Origin: Strigamia acuminata | Lineage: Eukaryota | NCBI GenBank assembly: GCA_949358305.1 | Contig: OX442314.1 | Coordinates: forward strand, 31,992,001 to 32,056,000 | Reading direction: 5' to 3' | Length of the DNA: 64,000 nucleotides | Part shown: positions 12,028-24,827 of the stretch, in pieces | How the letters are laid out: every line of letters starts with the position of its first letter | How positions within the stretch are numbered: the first letter of the stretch is position 1 | Position numbers and translations under genes: made by a program | Notes under the pieces: generated by a model | What the model was told of the DNA's origin: nothing | Databases searched by the model: none | Seen by the model: the letters and a program-made list of their open reading frames with translations, nothing else

Positions 12028-13534
12028 TTATTTTTTCCCGGGGAAAAGTTGGGGCAAATAATTCAAGCAGGAAAGGAGAGAAATTCCGAGGAAAAGTCCT
12101 ACGGTGCCACCCACTTCAGACACCAAGCTGGACAGGGGATAAACGAAATATTCGCTAACGATTTGCTTCGTATTCATTTTGTGAATGATTGTGACGGTGG
12201 CGCCAGCGCCGTTTTGTGGATCTGAGCCATATTCTGTCATTATGGGGAATCTGGTGACGGAACATGGGCGTCTGCAATTGCTGTTATGTTGCGAATACAA
12301 AAGGAGAAAAATTTTCGTTTTCAGTTTATTCACTTGGGAAATTGAGTTGCAAAGCGGTTTTGTCGAGTTCACAAAAGGCCATCTAAGGTGGATATGGAAT
12401 TATTATTGAATATCTATTGATTAAGCATAAGTATTTATCTGACCTGCATTTGATGTCAGAAGTGTCTAATTGGTCATTAATCCATCGATTAATGCACTCG
12501 ATCTCTTCATCCTCAGTGACGCAGGGGTTTCGACTCGTGTTTAAATAGTCAAACTGCAACAGTTGTCAATATTTAAATACGGAAATCAATGCGATTATTG
12601 TCTGTGTTTGATTGTTTACTTTTGTTTCTGACAGTTGCATAGCACTGTATTTCCATGGACGAATGACTGATTTGCCAATAAACATGAGTTTGGTTGAAGT
12701 TGCTTCGTAAACATCAGCCTGTAATAGACGAATTGTAATATTGTTATATTGTAATATTAGATTCATCTTACATGGAATCCTTTAGAATCTGAAGTTAACG
12801 GTAAATTCAACCAAAACACCCAGGTTTCTCCAACAAAATACCATTGCAGATCTAAAAGAATCAAATATTGTTTCAGGATTTTTGTGTTAATTAAACGGAA
12901 TATGGTAGTTAGTAATGACCAAATTGTAGAACTCTGCATGGACCCGCGATCGTGTTGGCTTCCTTCTCTTGTAGCCAGTCTTCGGTTTCACATTTGCTGG
13001 AATTGACCGCATGATGACACTGGAATACCCGATTGGCTTTGTACGGTCAAATTGTTACTTGATGTTTGAACTTACTCTGTGGAATTTGACGATCTTGTCT
13101 TTTGTTGTTGGGCGTTCCCATAGATCCAATAGTGTGACCTTGATCTTGTCGAAAGGAAAATGTTCCTGGTCGGCCCGACTCAGTGCGCTGCAAGCTGCGT
13201 CTCTTGCACAGAGTGGATCGAATCTTCTGGAAAAGTCGTACGTCAAATCGTGAGTGAATGGGCAAATTACGAAGCTAGGTGTTGTATACTGGCTGAAGCG
13301 TTCAATTTTTACATAGTTGCCTATTGGCTGTGCAAAGTACTTGTCGATGCAAATTGACAACTGCCAAGTGCACAGTGCAGTGCTCAGCAGCAGGGAAGCA
13401 ATTCCCAATGCTTTGGCCGTCTTATTTGCCTGCGGTTGTCGTTGTCGTTTAGGTGATGGTGTGATGCGAATATGGTAAACGCGAGTATCCGGAGAAACAA
13501 TTCTACGTCTCATTCTTCTACTATGGATTTTCAT
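12028..13534 (-). CDS. DEG/ENaC channel, copy 2
   Basis: Same exon structure as copies 1 and 4; TM2 VSEVGGTVGLFLGIS. Confidence 0.88.
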
Positions 13535-14027
13535 TGCGCCTGAAAATGACTCCCACAACAGCAGGAAAACAATATTTAAGGTGTATTAACGAGTATTAAC
13601 GTTAACGCTCGCCGACCTAACCTGTGTGTTGTTTGTTACTGCTCGTTTCCATGTGATTGAATTCAAACGCTGCGGCTTTATTGTGTGTGTGTGTTTGCAT
13701 GTTAATATTGATTAACGATTTAATATTAATTCTGTATCTAGGTTATGCCATTCGAAAGGCTGTTTTGTTTATGGTAATAGCGTCTAGCACAAGTTACCTA
13801 GGAGATAATGATGATTGAGTTACACGTGTATGACCTGAATACAAGAGCGATACGGTCGTTATCCACCGTTGCCACCACCTACACAAGAAAATCACTAACT
13901 TGTTAAAGTTTTAAAACATACTTACAATAAAGAGAATTAAATGACAATTCTCTGTTTTAAAAACACCAAAGTGATACATCCAAGAAATAGAAGTTTAATA
14001 AAAACATATGGTACATTTGTTTTTAAC

Positions 14028-15091
14028 TGCGGCGATCCGGGTTTTCACTTAATAAATTGAGTAGACTTATCAAGTGATCGTCGTTGAGATGCCGTTAGGA
14101 CTTCTACTCTGTGGCCAAATGGTTGTCTAGGGGAATGATTTTACACACAAAGTAAAGGAATAATTTGCGATTGCTTTAATTGTCTAAAATACACGATGAA
14201 TAAAAAGTAATAATAAGTAATGACTGGGTCGATCTGACTTCTCTTTGTACTTGGACACTCACTGTTAACGGTCGGCGTCAAGATGGCGTCGATGGCGTTG
14301 TGTGAGCGCGGGATTTTGGCAGAGTAAACTCGATGCCAAAAAACGTCTCTAAATATACTAGAATTCTCGTGGAGCACGCTCGACACGAGAATACGTCTTG
14401 CACACAGCGGTTTTGATTTTTACGGAGCAAGCTCGACGTAACAATCCGTCTACACACAGTCTTCTTTGTGGAGCAAGCTCGACACAAAGAACTTCAAATT
14501 GACAGAGCAAGCTCGATGTCAATTCCACACAGAAATGGCTTAAATTACTCGAGGTAATTCAAGCAGAAAGGCGCTATTCCGTACAGTTGGCACGGACCAG
14601 CAATGAATCTCAACTCTTTCAGATATCACAGATCACACTTAGCAATGTTGGGCATAAGTTTGACACAGATGTGAATGGTTTGGAAGCGGAATCAAGAATG
14701 CGGGAAGAGTGGGCCAAAACCGTTTGGCTCACTCCAAAATCTGCTCAGTAAAGCTGCGCAGATGACGAGTTACGCAAAGATCACACACGGCCGCGTGTGC
14801 AACAATTGAGCCAGGCACGCGCGAGAGGAGGGATGCTCCGCCCAGGCACACGCCTAGCAGCATCATCAAAGGAATGCACGCTGCAGCGTGATTGGTTGAC
14901 GCTGTTGCTGGGCCAAACTTGCTGCAAAACACAATATTATTTGGGTAATATTGTGTCTTGTTTTGTATTCAGGTTTTATATGTTTCGCTTCAACTTACAT
15001 TGAAACGGAACATAAAATAATGTTGACTTGAGTTATCAGCTAACTTGGAAATATGGTGCCCACTCAAATAGGAATATTTGAGGTCACCACA
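14028..15091 (-). mobile_element. Solo LTR related to the Gypsy LTR at 55938-56890
   Basis: TGCGGCGATCC...GGTCACCACA termini with shared GATGCCGTT and TTGTCTAGGG motifs. It is absent at the equivalent site upstream of copy 1 (near 7095). TSD is imperfect. Confidence 0.75.
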
Positions 15092-17380
15092 AACCATGCC
15101 AAGTACAAGTACAACTCTTTTGAACTAAACAGAAGTGCTTATTCAATCTGTCAACCTGCTTGCATGCACAACAATTTATTTCACGGGATAAATTGCAGGT
15201 ATTGTTGTATCTTTTAGAAAACGCTGATAACATCTTTCCTGCAGTAGCTGTATTCAAAAAGATTCACCGCGACACCAAATACTCCACTTTTTGAATGCAG
15301 TATTTTTGAATTCACTTTAATTAAACTACTGCTTGTTTCAGACTTTCAGTTTGCCGTATATGTCAACATGTCAACACCAAATTTGGCACCTTGCAACACG
15401 ATGGAAGACATTACTCGTGCCCATTGCCAATATTTTAACAATTATTATTGCAATAAAAAAAACTTGCAAATGTAAACAAACCTTAGAAAATATTTATTAC
15501 CACACTATTGTGCATGAAACACACGGAAAATGTAATATATCTTGCGCTAGCTGATAGTTTCGATCAGACTACAACAGACCACCAAAACTATCCAATGTCT
15601 CAAATGTCGGCAGTGTCGTCGGGTTAGCAGTGGGAATGTCCTTTCTTTCTCATATTTGGTTTTCGAATCAATCTTGGTGGCCAACTTGTTCAAACTAGAG
15701 CTGCATCAAATTGGACCAAAATTTAAGCACGTTTGTTACCTGTTGTCATCCCAGAATGCAGTGCGGCTATATATTATGTTGCACTGTAAGCGATCAATGC
15801 CCTTTTGTGCCGTGCCTTGCGAGTTTGGAGACCTAACCTAACCTAATTCAAATTTTAATATTAACACTCTCCCCCAAATAGTGACCAAGAAAACGATTAC
15901 GCGGAAAAGGAAAAGAATCGTTACGCCTGGTGCAGTGACAGCGATCGGTAATGGGCCGATGGTTGTTAGTGTCGCTGTAGAAAATAATACATGCGCATAG
16001 GATAAGCTACTACAGTTTGCGCCCGGTATGTTGATGCTAAATTCGTACTGCGCATCCTATATTCTGCGCAGACAATTTTCCAATTCCAGTTGTTATTTAA
16101 CAGTAGTTAGCCTAATATTAGGCCTAATAATGCTAAAATAAAGCAAATAAACAACAATAAACTCATCATTAAAAGTGACTTACAAAATATTTTTGTTTAT
16201 TTACCTTATTTTAGCATTATTAGGCCTAATATTAGTCTTAATACTGCTAAATAACAAATTGAATTGGAAAACCGTGACCGCGCAATCAGCACACGTTCGT
16301 TTTTAACACGTCATTTTAATTGACCGAATTTGAACCGTTTGAATGAATGTCACGTGAGAGTCTATCTAAATATTAGAATAGTTCGTTCTTTCAAGAAATG
16401 TTTCATCCAGTTAGGTTATACAATTTTTACCGTTTCCACCATTTGACCTCGCTGCATCCATGATGTTTTGCAGTCCACTATTGCCACCTGGCGAAGAAAT
16501 AGTCAAACTGACAAAAACGCTCCAAAGTCTTACATTTTGCCAGTTTATTTCTCGCCATACTGCAACGGTAAAATTTAAAACAATTATGAAATATTATAAA
16601 CTATATTCCTTTTTTACGGGTATTTTGTTTTACATAAACCAATAGGCCTACGATAAATAAAGTGGAAATTAATTCCAACATTAAAGTGAGAAATGGAGTA
16701 AATCATCATCAGACCTCCACAAATTTTAAAAATAATAATTAAAAATAGATGTATAAACACGCATATACTAGAAAATTGAACGCAGCAAGACATGGACACA
16801 CCGTATTAGTACTTAATATACACTAATACCAACCCTAATGCCTAATGTTCTAATAAAACTTGTTGAGGTTTAGAAACTGTATGTTACAAACAAGGTGGGA
16901 TATGGTGTTTTGTAACCAAGGCACCTACCGTCTCAAAACACTGTTACCGTATTACCAAATTCAAAATTGTTGCCACATGCTAAGTTGAGGGTGGAAATTC
17001 AAACTCTTGTAGTGCATGCAGGTGAAGCAACCACCACCAAAAAATTAGAATAGAAAGGTAAGACAGAATTCGTGGGAAAAACCAGTCGATGCCAGAATCA
17101 GACCCACGATCGCTACGGTGGCCAAAATTAAAAGTATTACGGAAGCCCAGACGAGAACCACGCGATTGTTCGCACCGGTGCTCTATAATTAATTAAATAA
17201 TCACGATTGCTTGTTGGATGTGTTCAATTTCAATTGTAAATTACCAAAGTGCGAATGGACTGTGTTCTGTGGACAATATCGATGGATGACGACCGAGTTG
17301 AGAGCTCAATGATGGCCTCCATGGTGGACGAATGTGGTAATATTAAGGCGAGGTAAATGATGTGATGCAAATATTGGCGG

Positions 17381-18739
17381 TGTTGCGATCCAGGAATTTA
17401 TCCACGAAATACTTACCGTACCTTTTCCTTGGATAAACCGCAATCAAGATGCCGTTTATAGGCCTTAAACTCTGTTGCCTGTAAAATAATATCTAGGGGT
17501 ATTTTTAGGAAATAATAACTCAAGTTGAATTGAATAAAAATAATATAAATGAACTTTATTCGGTAAATTTACAAGTGAAATTGTGAAATATCAATAAATG
17601 AATTAATAACTACCTAAATTTACTAGTTAAATTAGCGAGGAAATAGGAAGAAAAATCGATATTTCTTGTGTTCGTACGGAACAAAGAAATGCGCTACCAA
17701 CAATGGTTAGTTGTTGAGCGCGAAAAATTGGCGCGCAACAAACGGTGTTTGTTACGCTCAAAATGGCGAGTCGGACTCGCCTGAAAAATTTCTCTCGTTT
17801 GTACGATGGCTTTTATCTGCAAGCTCCGGAGGGACGTCGCGGTGGCTTACAGATATCGGCGATGGTTCACGGCGAGAGGTTTGCCTGTGACGACGACGGC
17901 GTGCCCGGACGAGTCACGGAGCACAATAATCGACAGCGAGCGGTAAAAATTCCTTCGCACGTTCGATGGCGTAGACTGTAAACTCTGGAGGGACTCCGCG
18001 GTGGTTTACAGTCGTTCGCGATGGTTCCCGAGCGACGGTTTGCCCTGTCGACGATGGGGAGTCTCGGATAAATCAACGAGACTCAACGATGGCCGGCGGT
18101 GAGCGAGTTTTTCTCGGGCGTTACCCGAGATTCGTAATCAGAGCGCCAATGGGGCTGGTTCCACCGAATATTCAGTGGAAACAGCAGAATCATAACTCAC
18201 CAAAACTTAAACACGGTCAATACTTGAATCCTTTGTTGAAGTTCTAAGCAGTGATCACTTGTGTTGTTGTTGTTGGTGTGTGTATGTCAAGAGTGGGCCA
18301 AACCACCAAAATTTGGGGTTTTATGCACACTCGAAATCTGCGCACCAAAAGTGCTCAGAGGGCTAATTTTGGTACAACAAAGGAATATTGTTGCGCCAAA
18401 ACCGTTGGTATTACACACTTCGGTTCTGCGCACTAATCGCGCGCCGTGAGCTTAATTAGGTGCAGAAGTGTGGCAATCCTGCACCTGCAGGCCTGGCACA
18501 CTTCGGATCTGCGCAGTAAAGCTGCGCAATTAACTTGGTTTGGTGTAACAAAGCATTCTGCTACACCAAACGGTTAATTACTGGACTCACCCCAGTCAAA
18601 TGCTAGGGGAGTTTTCCTTCCCTAATTATGTAACTTGGTTTGGCATGTGCCAAACCAAAATATACAATTTCTTTACGTGGTGACTATTTATTTAATAAAA
18701 ACACACACAATTACCAAATAACAACTCAGGGTCACCACA
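17381..18739 (-). mobile_element. Solo LTR of the same Gypsy group
   Basis: TGTTGCGATCC...GGTCACCACA with 4-bp TSD GCGG (17377-17380 and 18740-18743). Confidence 0.85.
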
Positions 18740-19381
18740 GCGGTTGGTAGATTAATCTACTAATTTGCTCACCGAGACGTGCCTTAATAAAGACATAAAG
18801 AAACATTAACAAACACGTCATCAATTTGAATATTTGTTTTATTAATACATCGGATTTTTTTTTTAATTCTCTGAATAGCATTTAGATATACTTTTAATAA
18901 TTAATTTTAAAAATATAATATTCAAAACTGACCCATCACTTGGAATCGCATTTTCCATTTTTCCGATTTATATCTGGTTTTCCGTTTACCCGATCAATTT
19001 TCGGTTTTCCGTTCACTTAATTGATGTGGATACAAATCGCTTTATTCTCGTATCGCGCGACCTCTGCGCGTTACTGGTCGAACTGGAAGTCCCCAAGTCA
19101 CGTTTTGGGTCACAAGATTACAGAACAACTACATCTGGCCGGAGAGACCCTCACACCGGATTTTCACATTGGATCAAGGTGACCAGAAACAAAACGACAT
19201 TTATTACATTGTTTAAACGTTTATTATTAATTGTTACATTCAATAATGGGAAATAATGCTACAAGTATGTTGGCTTCCGTGCATTTCCTAATGCAGTTTT
19301 GTACCTGTTTTTTTTTTTATGACGCTGTTTCCACAGTGCCCCCTTGTGTTTATAAGCGATAACAGAGTGAGATAGGATCGG

Positions 19382-20883
19382 TTAATTTTTCCCGGGGAGA
19401 ACTTGCGGCAAATAATTCAAGCAGGAAAGGAGGGAAATTCCTAGGAAAAGTCCTACGGTGCCACCCACGTCAGACACCAAGCTGGACAGGGGATAAACGA
19501 AATATTCGCTAACGATTTGCTTCGTATTCATTGTGTAAATGATTGCGACGGAGGTGCCAGCGCCGTGTTGTGGACTTGAGCCATAATCTGTCATTATGGG
19601 GAATCTGGTGACGGAACATGGGCGTCTGCAATTGCTGTTATGTTGCGAATACAAAAGGAGAAAAATTTTCTTTCTCAGTTTATTCACTTGGAAGATTGAG
19701 TTGCAAAGCGGTTTTGTCGAGTTCACAAAAGGCCATCTAAGGTGGATATGGAATTATTATTGAATATCTTTTGATTAAGCAGTATTTATCTGACCTGCAT
19801 TTGATGTCAGAAGTGTCTAATTGGTCACCAATCCATCGATTAATGCACTCGATCTCTTCATCCTCAGTGACGCAGGGGTTTTGACGCGTGTTTAAATATT
19901 CAAACTACAACAGTTGTCAATATTTAAATACGGAAATCAATGCGATTACTGTCTGTGTTTGTTTGTTTACTTGTGTTTCTGACAGTTCCATAGTATTGTT
20001 TGTCGATGGACGAATGACTGATTTGCCAATAAACATGAGTTTGGTTGAAGTTGCTTCGTAAACATCAGCCTGTAATAGACGAATTGTAATATTGTTATAT
20101 TGTAATATTGGATTGATCTTACAAGTAATCCGCTAAAATCTGGAGTAAACGGTATATCGAACCAAAACACCCTGGTTTTTCCAACAAAATACCATTGCAG
20201 ATCTAAAAGAATGAAATATTGTTTCAGGATTTTTGTGTGAATTAAATGGAATAGTTAGTAATGACCAAATTGTAGAACTCTGCATGGACCCGCGATCGTG
20301 TTGGCGTCCTTCGCTTTTAGCCAGGCTTCGGTTTCACATTTGCTGGAATTGACAGCATGATGACACTGGAAAACCCGGTTGGCATTATACGGTCAAATTG
20401 TTATTTAATGTTTGAACTTACTCTGGCTGATTTGACGATCTTCTCTTTTGTTGAGTATTCCCATAGATCCAATAGTGTGACCTTGATCTTGTCGAAAGGG
20501 AAATGTATCCTATCGGCCGTACTCAGTGCACTGCAAGCTGCGTCTCTTTCACAGAGTGGATCGAATTTTTTGGAAAAGTCGTACATCAAATCGGTTGTGT
20601 ATGGGCAAAGTATGAGGCTAGGTGTTGTGTACTGGCTGAAGCTTTCAATTTTTACACTGGTGCCTATTGGCTTTGAAAAGTACTTGTTGATGCAAATTGA
20701 CAACTGCCAAGTGCACAGTGCAGTGCTCAGCAGCAGCGAAGCAATTCCCAATACTTTGGCCTTCTTATTTGCCTGCGGTTGTCGTTGTCGTTTTGGTGTT
20801 GGTCTGATGGGAATATGGTGTACCGGTGTGCGAGTATTCGGATAAATAATTCTACGTCCTATGCTTCTACTATGGATATTCAT
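19382..20883 (-). CDS. DEG/ENaC channel, copy 3 (possible extra leader exon from ATG 21061)
   Basis: Collinear exons; TM2 VSDVGGTVGLFLGIS. Confidence 0.88.
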
Positions 20884-21566
20884 TGCACCTGAAAATGACC
20901 CTTTCAACAGCATGAAAACGGCATTTAAGGCGTGTTAATGAGTATTAACGTTAACGCTGGCCGACCTGACCTTTTTTCATCCGTGTGTTGTTTGTTACTG
21001 CTCGTTTCCGTGTGAGTGAATTCAGACTCTGCGGTTTAATTTCGTGGGGGTGTGTTGGCATTTGAAATATTGATGAGAAAAAAGTCGTTTTCTTTCCAAT
21101 TAAGTTTGTGAATGACTTTTTTATTGCGAACCCAACTCGAGCCATCTTGGAATTTCCCCCAGCAAATTGTCTGGTCCTGATTCAGCAATTTTAGCACACA
21201 AACACGGGACATTTTTTGGGAAGCTTGTTTTATATTCGCAGATATTACAACTGGAAACTCCGAGGTTATCTGTAATTTAATGCAGAAAATGCTGATAGAA
21301 TGGTTTTTCTTCGTTAATTCTTTATTGTTGTTATTTACTGGAATTCTGTATCTAGGAGATGCCATTCCAAAGGTTGTTTTGTTTATGGTAGTGTCTAGCT
21401 AAAGTTACCAAGGAAATAATGATTATTGAGGTACACGTGTATGACCTGAATACAATAGCGATACGGTCGCTATCCACCGTTGCCACCACCTACACAAGAA
21501 AATCACTAACTTTTGAAGTGTAGTATTTTCTTGCAAATAATAAAGTGAGGTGGAGTGAAAGAATTT

Positions 21567-21811
21567 TGCTGCGTTCCTGGATATTCCAAATGTTAAGATA
21601 AATTTAATTAGTCCCGAAATTCAAATGGCGGAACCAGTTGAATGCCGTTTCAGGTCTTCTATCAAATATTTGGCCTTACAAAAGTTATGTCTAGGGAATT
21701 AAATGAATGATACAAAATTGAGTTTCAAATGAACAAATGTTCATTAATGATAACCAAAAAGTATTATACGATACTGTGACTGGTATGGTGTTTGCCCTCT
21801 CAGCCTGGGGT
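21567..21811. mobile_element. Two abutting LTR end fragments forming the spacer of the copy 3/copy 4 inversion
   Basis: TGCTGCGTTCC... at 21567 resembles the 55938 LTR end; TGTGACTGGTATGG at 21775 matches the start of the 35737 LTR. Confidence 0.65.
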
Positions 21812-22514
21812 CAAAATTCTTTCACTCCACCTCACTTTATTATTTGGAAGAAAATACTACACTTCAAAAGTTAGTGATTATCTTGTGTTGGTGGTGGCAA
21901 CGATGGATAGCGACCGTACGGTATCGCTCTTGTAATCAGGTCATACACGTGTACCTTAATAATCATTATTTCCTTGGTAACTTTAGCTAGGCGCTACCGT
22001 AAACAAAACAACCTTTGGAATGGCATCTCCTAGATACAGAATTAGTAAATAACAACAATAAAGAATCAACCAAGAAAAACCATTCTATCAGCATTTTCTG
22101 CATTAAATTACAGATAAACTCGGAGTTTCCAGAAAATGTCCCGTGTTTGTGTGCTAAAATTGCTGAATCAGGACCAGACAATAGTTCGTAACATCATAAG
22201 TCGTAATGTTAGTTACGACTTACTCATCGCAATTTGCTTCGGGAAAGTTCGAGACGGCTCGAGTTGGGTTCGCAATAAAAAATTCATTAACAAACTTAAT
22301 TGGAAAGAAAACGACTTTTTTCTCATCAATATTTCAAATGCCATCACACCCCCACGAAATTAAACCGCAGAGTTTGAATTAACTCACACGGAAACGAGCA
22401 GTAACAAACAAGACACGGATGAATAAAGGTCAGGTCGGCGAGTGTTAACGTTAATACTCATTAACACGCCTTAAATATTGTTTTCATGCTGTTGGGAAGT
22501 CATTTTCAGGTGCA

Positions 22515-24007
22515 ATGAATATCGATAGTAGAAGCAAAGGACGTAGAATTGTTTATCCGGATACTCGCGTACACCATATTCGCATCACACCAAAACGACA
22601 ACGACAACCGCAGGCAAATAAAGCGGCAAAAGCATTGGGAATTGCTTCCCTGCTGCTAAGCACTGCACTGTGCACTTGGCAGTTGTCAATTTGCATCGAC
22701 AAGTACTTTTCAACGCCAATAGGTACCAATGTAAAAATTGAAAGCTTCAGCCAGTACACACAACCTAGCGTCATATTTTGCCCATACACAACCGATGTGA
22801 TGTACGACTTTTCCAAAAAATTCGATCCACTCTGTGAAAGAGACGCGGCTTGCAGCTCACTGAGTTGGGTCGATAGGGAACATTTTCCTTTCGACAAGAT
22901 CAACGTCACACTATTGGATCTATGGGAAAACTCAACAAAAGTCGAGATTATCAAATCAGCCAGAGTAAGTTCAAACATCAAGTAACAATTTGACCGTATA
23001 AAGCCAACCGGGTTTTCCAGTGTCATCATGCTGTCAATTCCAGCAAATGTGAAACCGAAGCCTGGCTAAAAGCGAAGGACGCCAACACGATCGCGGGTCC
23101 ATGCAGAGTTATACAATTTGGTCATTAATAACTATTCCATTTAATTCACACAAAAATCCTGAAACAATATTTGATTCTTTTAGATCTGGAATGGTATTTT
23201 GTTGGAAAAACCTGGCTGTTTTGGTTGGATATACCGTTTCCTCCAGGTTTTAGAGGATTACTTGTAACATCAATCCAATATTACAATACAACAATATTAC
23301 AATTCGTTTATTACAGGCTGATGTTTACGAAGCAACTTCAACAAAACTCATGTTTATCGGCAAATCATTCATTCGTCAATCGACATACCAAACTATGGAA
23401 CTGTCAGAGACACAAGTAAACAAACAAACACAGACAGTAATCGCATTGATTTCCGTATTTAAATATTGACAACTGTTGTAGTTTGAATATTTAAACACGA
23501 GTCAAAACCCCTGCGTCACTGAGGATGAAGAGATCGAGTGCATTAATCGATGGATTAGTGACCAATTAGACACTTCTGACATCAAATGCAGGTCAGATAA
23601 ATACTTATGCATAATCAATAGATATTCAATAATAATTCCATATCCACCTTAGATGGCCTTTTGTGAACTCGACAAAACCGCTTTGCAACTCAATTTTCCA
23701 AGTGAATAAACTGAAAAAGAGAATTTTTCCCCTTTTGTATTCACAACATAACAGCAACTGCAGACGCCCATGTTCCGTCACCAGATTCCCCATAATGACA
23801 GAATATGGCTCAGATCCACAAAACGTCGCTTTCACCTCCGTCGCAATCATTTACACAATGAATACGAAGCAAATCGTTAGCGAATATTTCGTTTATCCCC
23901 TGTCCAGCTTGGTGTCTGAAGTGGGTGGCAGTGTAGGACTTTTCCTCGGATTTTCCCTCCTTTCCTGCTTGAATTATTTGCCCCAAGTTCTCCTCGGAAA
24001 AAAATAA
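22515..24007 (+). CDS. DEG/ENaC channel, copy 4 (inverted), 397 aa
   Basis: Exons 22515-22964, 23021-23120, 23184-23263, 23317-23415, 23482-23591 and 23653-24007. Introns are 53-66 nt, all GT-AG with compatible phases; total 1194 nt. Confidence 0.9.
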
Positions 24008-24106
24008 CCAATCGTATCTCACTCTATTATTGCTTATAAGCCCGTATCCTCATTAGTTTTTCGGATGTATTTCTGATTAATTATTATTATTCCAATTATT
24101 AACAAC

Positions 24107-24826
24107 CCCACCGACTCGGTTTCCATTCTTGGACTTACTTTAGACCCCCACTTGACATTTGCCCCACACATATCTCTCCTTACAAAATTCCTTTCCCGAT
24201 CAGGCTTGATTGTTAACAAACTCTGTCGGGTTTTGTCCCAGCCTGAATTGTCAAGGTATATTAAAACTAAAATTCATCCTAAAATCACGTATGCTTCCTT
24301 GATTTGGAATTTGTCCCCTCATAGATTTAAAATTTCCCTCATTACAGCATATAACCTCGTGCTTCGTTTTGCCTTTAAAATCCCTAGGTACGAACACTAT
24401 CACACCGCACTGCAGAAAACACAAGATATTGTCGTTGGTGAACCTACTGCTCCTCTTCGATTTGTCATCATTGTGTGATGCTCTCCGTGACCCCGCTCAT
24501 CCCGCGCATTTCATCACCAACCAATACCACCCAGAGGCCTCCGTTCGCACCACTCGCAGACACATGTTTGAACCTGCCGCACATATCACTGCATATTTGT
24601 CGAAATCGTTTCCATTTCGGTGTTTCTCGTCTTGGAACAATCTCCCCATCGAGCTCCGTTCTTCCGCCCTTGACTGTTCTTCAGCTATGTGTGTGTCTCA
24701 TTGCCGTCATTTCCATCGGCGCCTACCCCGTCACTTATTATCTGTTCAATAATTATTTACACACTTGTATCTCATTTCTTTTTACTACTTTGGAGTGCGA
24801 TTAAATAAATAAAAAAATAAATAAAT
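24107..24826 (+). mobile_element. 5'-truncated LINE (CR1/L2-like) 3' fragment
   Basis: Post-RT motifs SILGLTLDPHLTFAPHI...IHPKITYASLIW and C-terminal SWNNLP; (AAAT)n tail; interrupts the 3' flank of copy 4. Confidence 0.75.
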
Positions 24827-24827
24827 A

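Noticed and set aside
20357..20845. Antisense ORFs MMTLE... over DEG/ENaC exons 1-2
   Set aside because: Shadows of the sense gene, truncated at different points in different copies.
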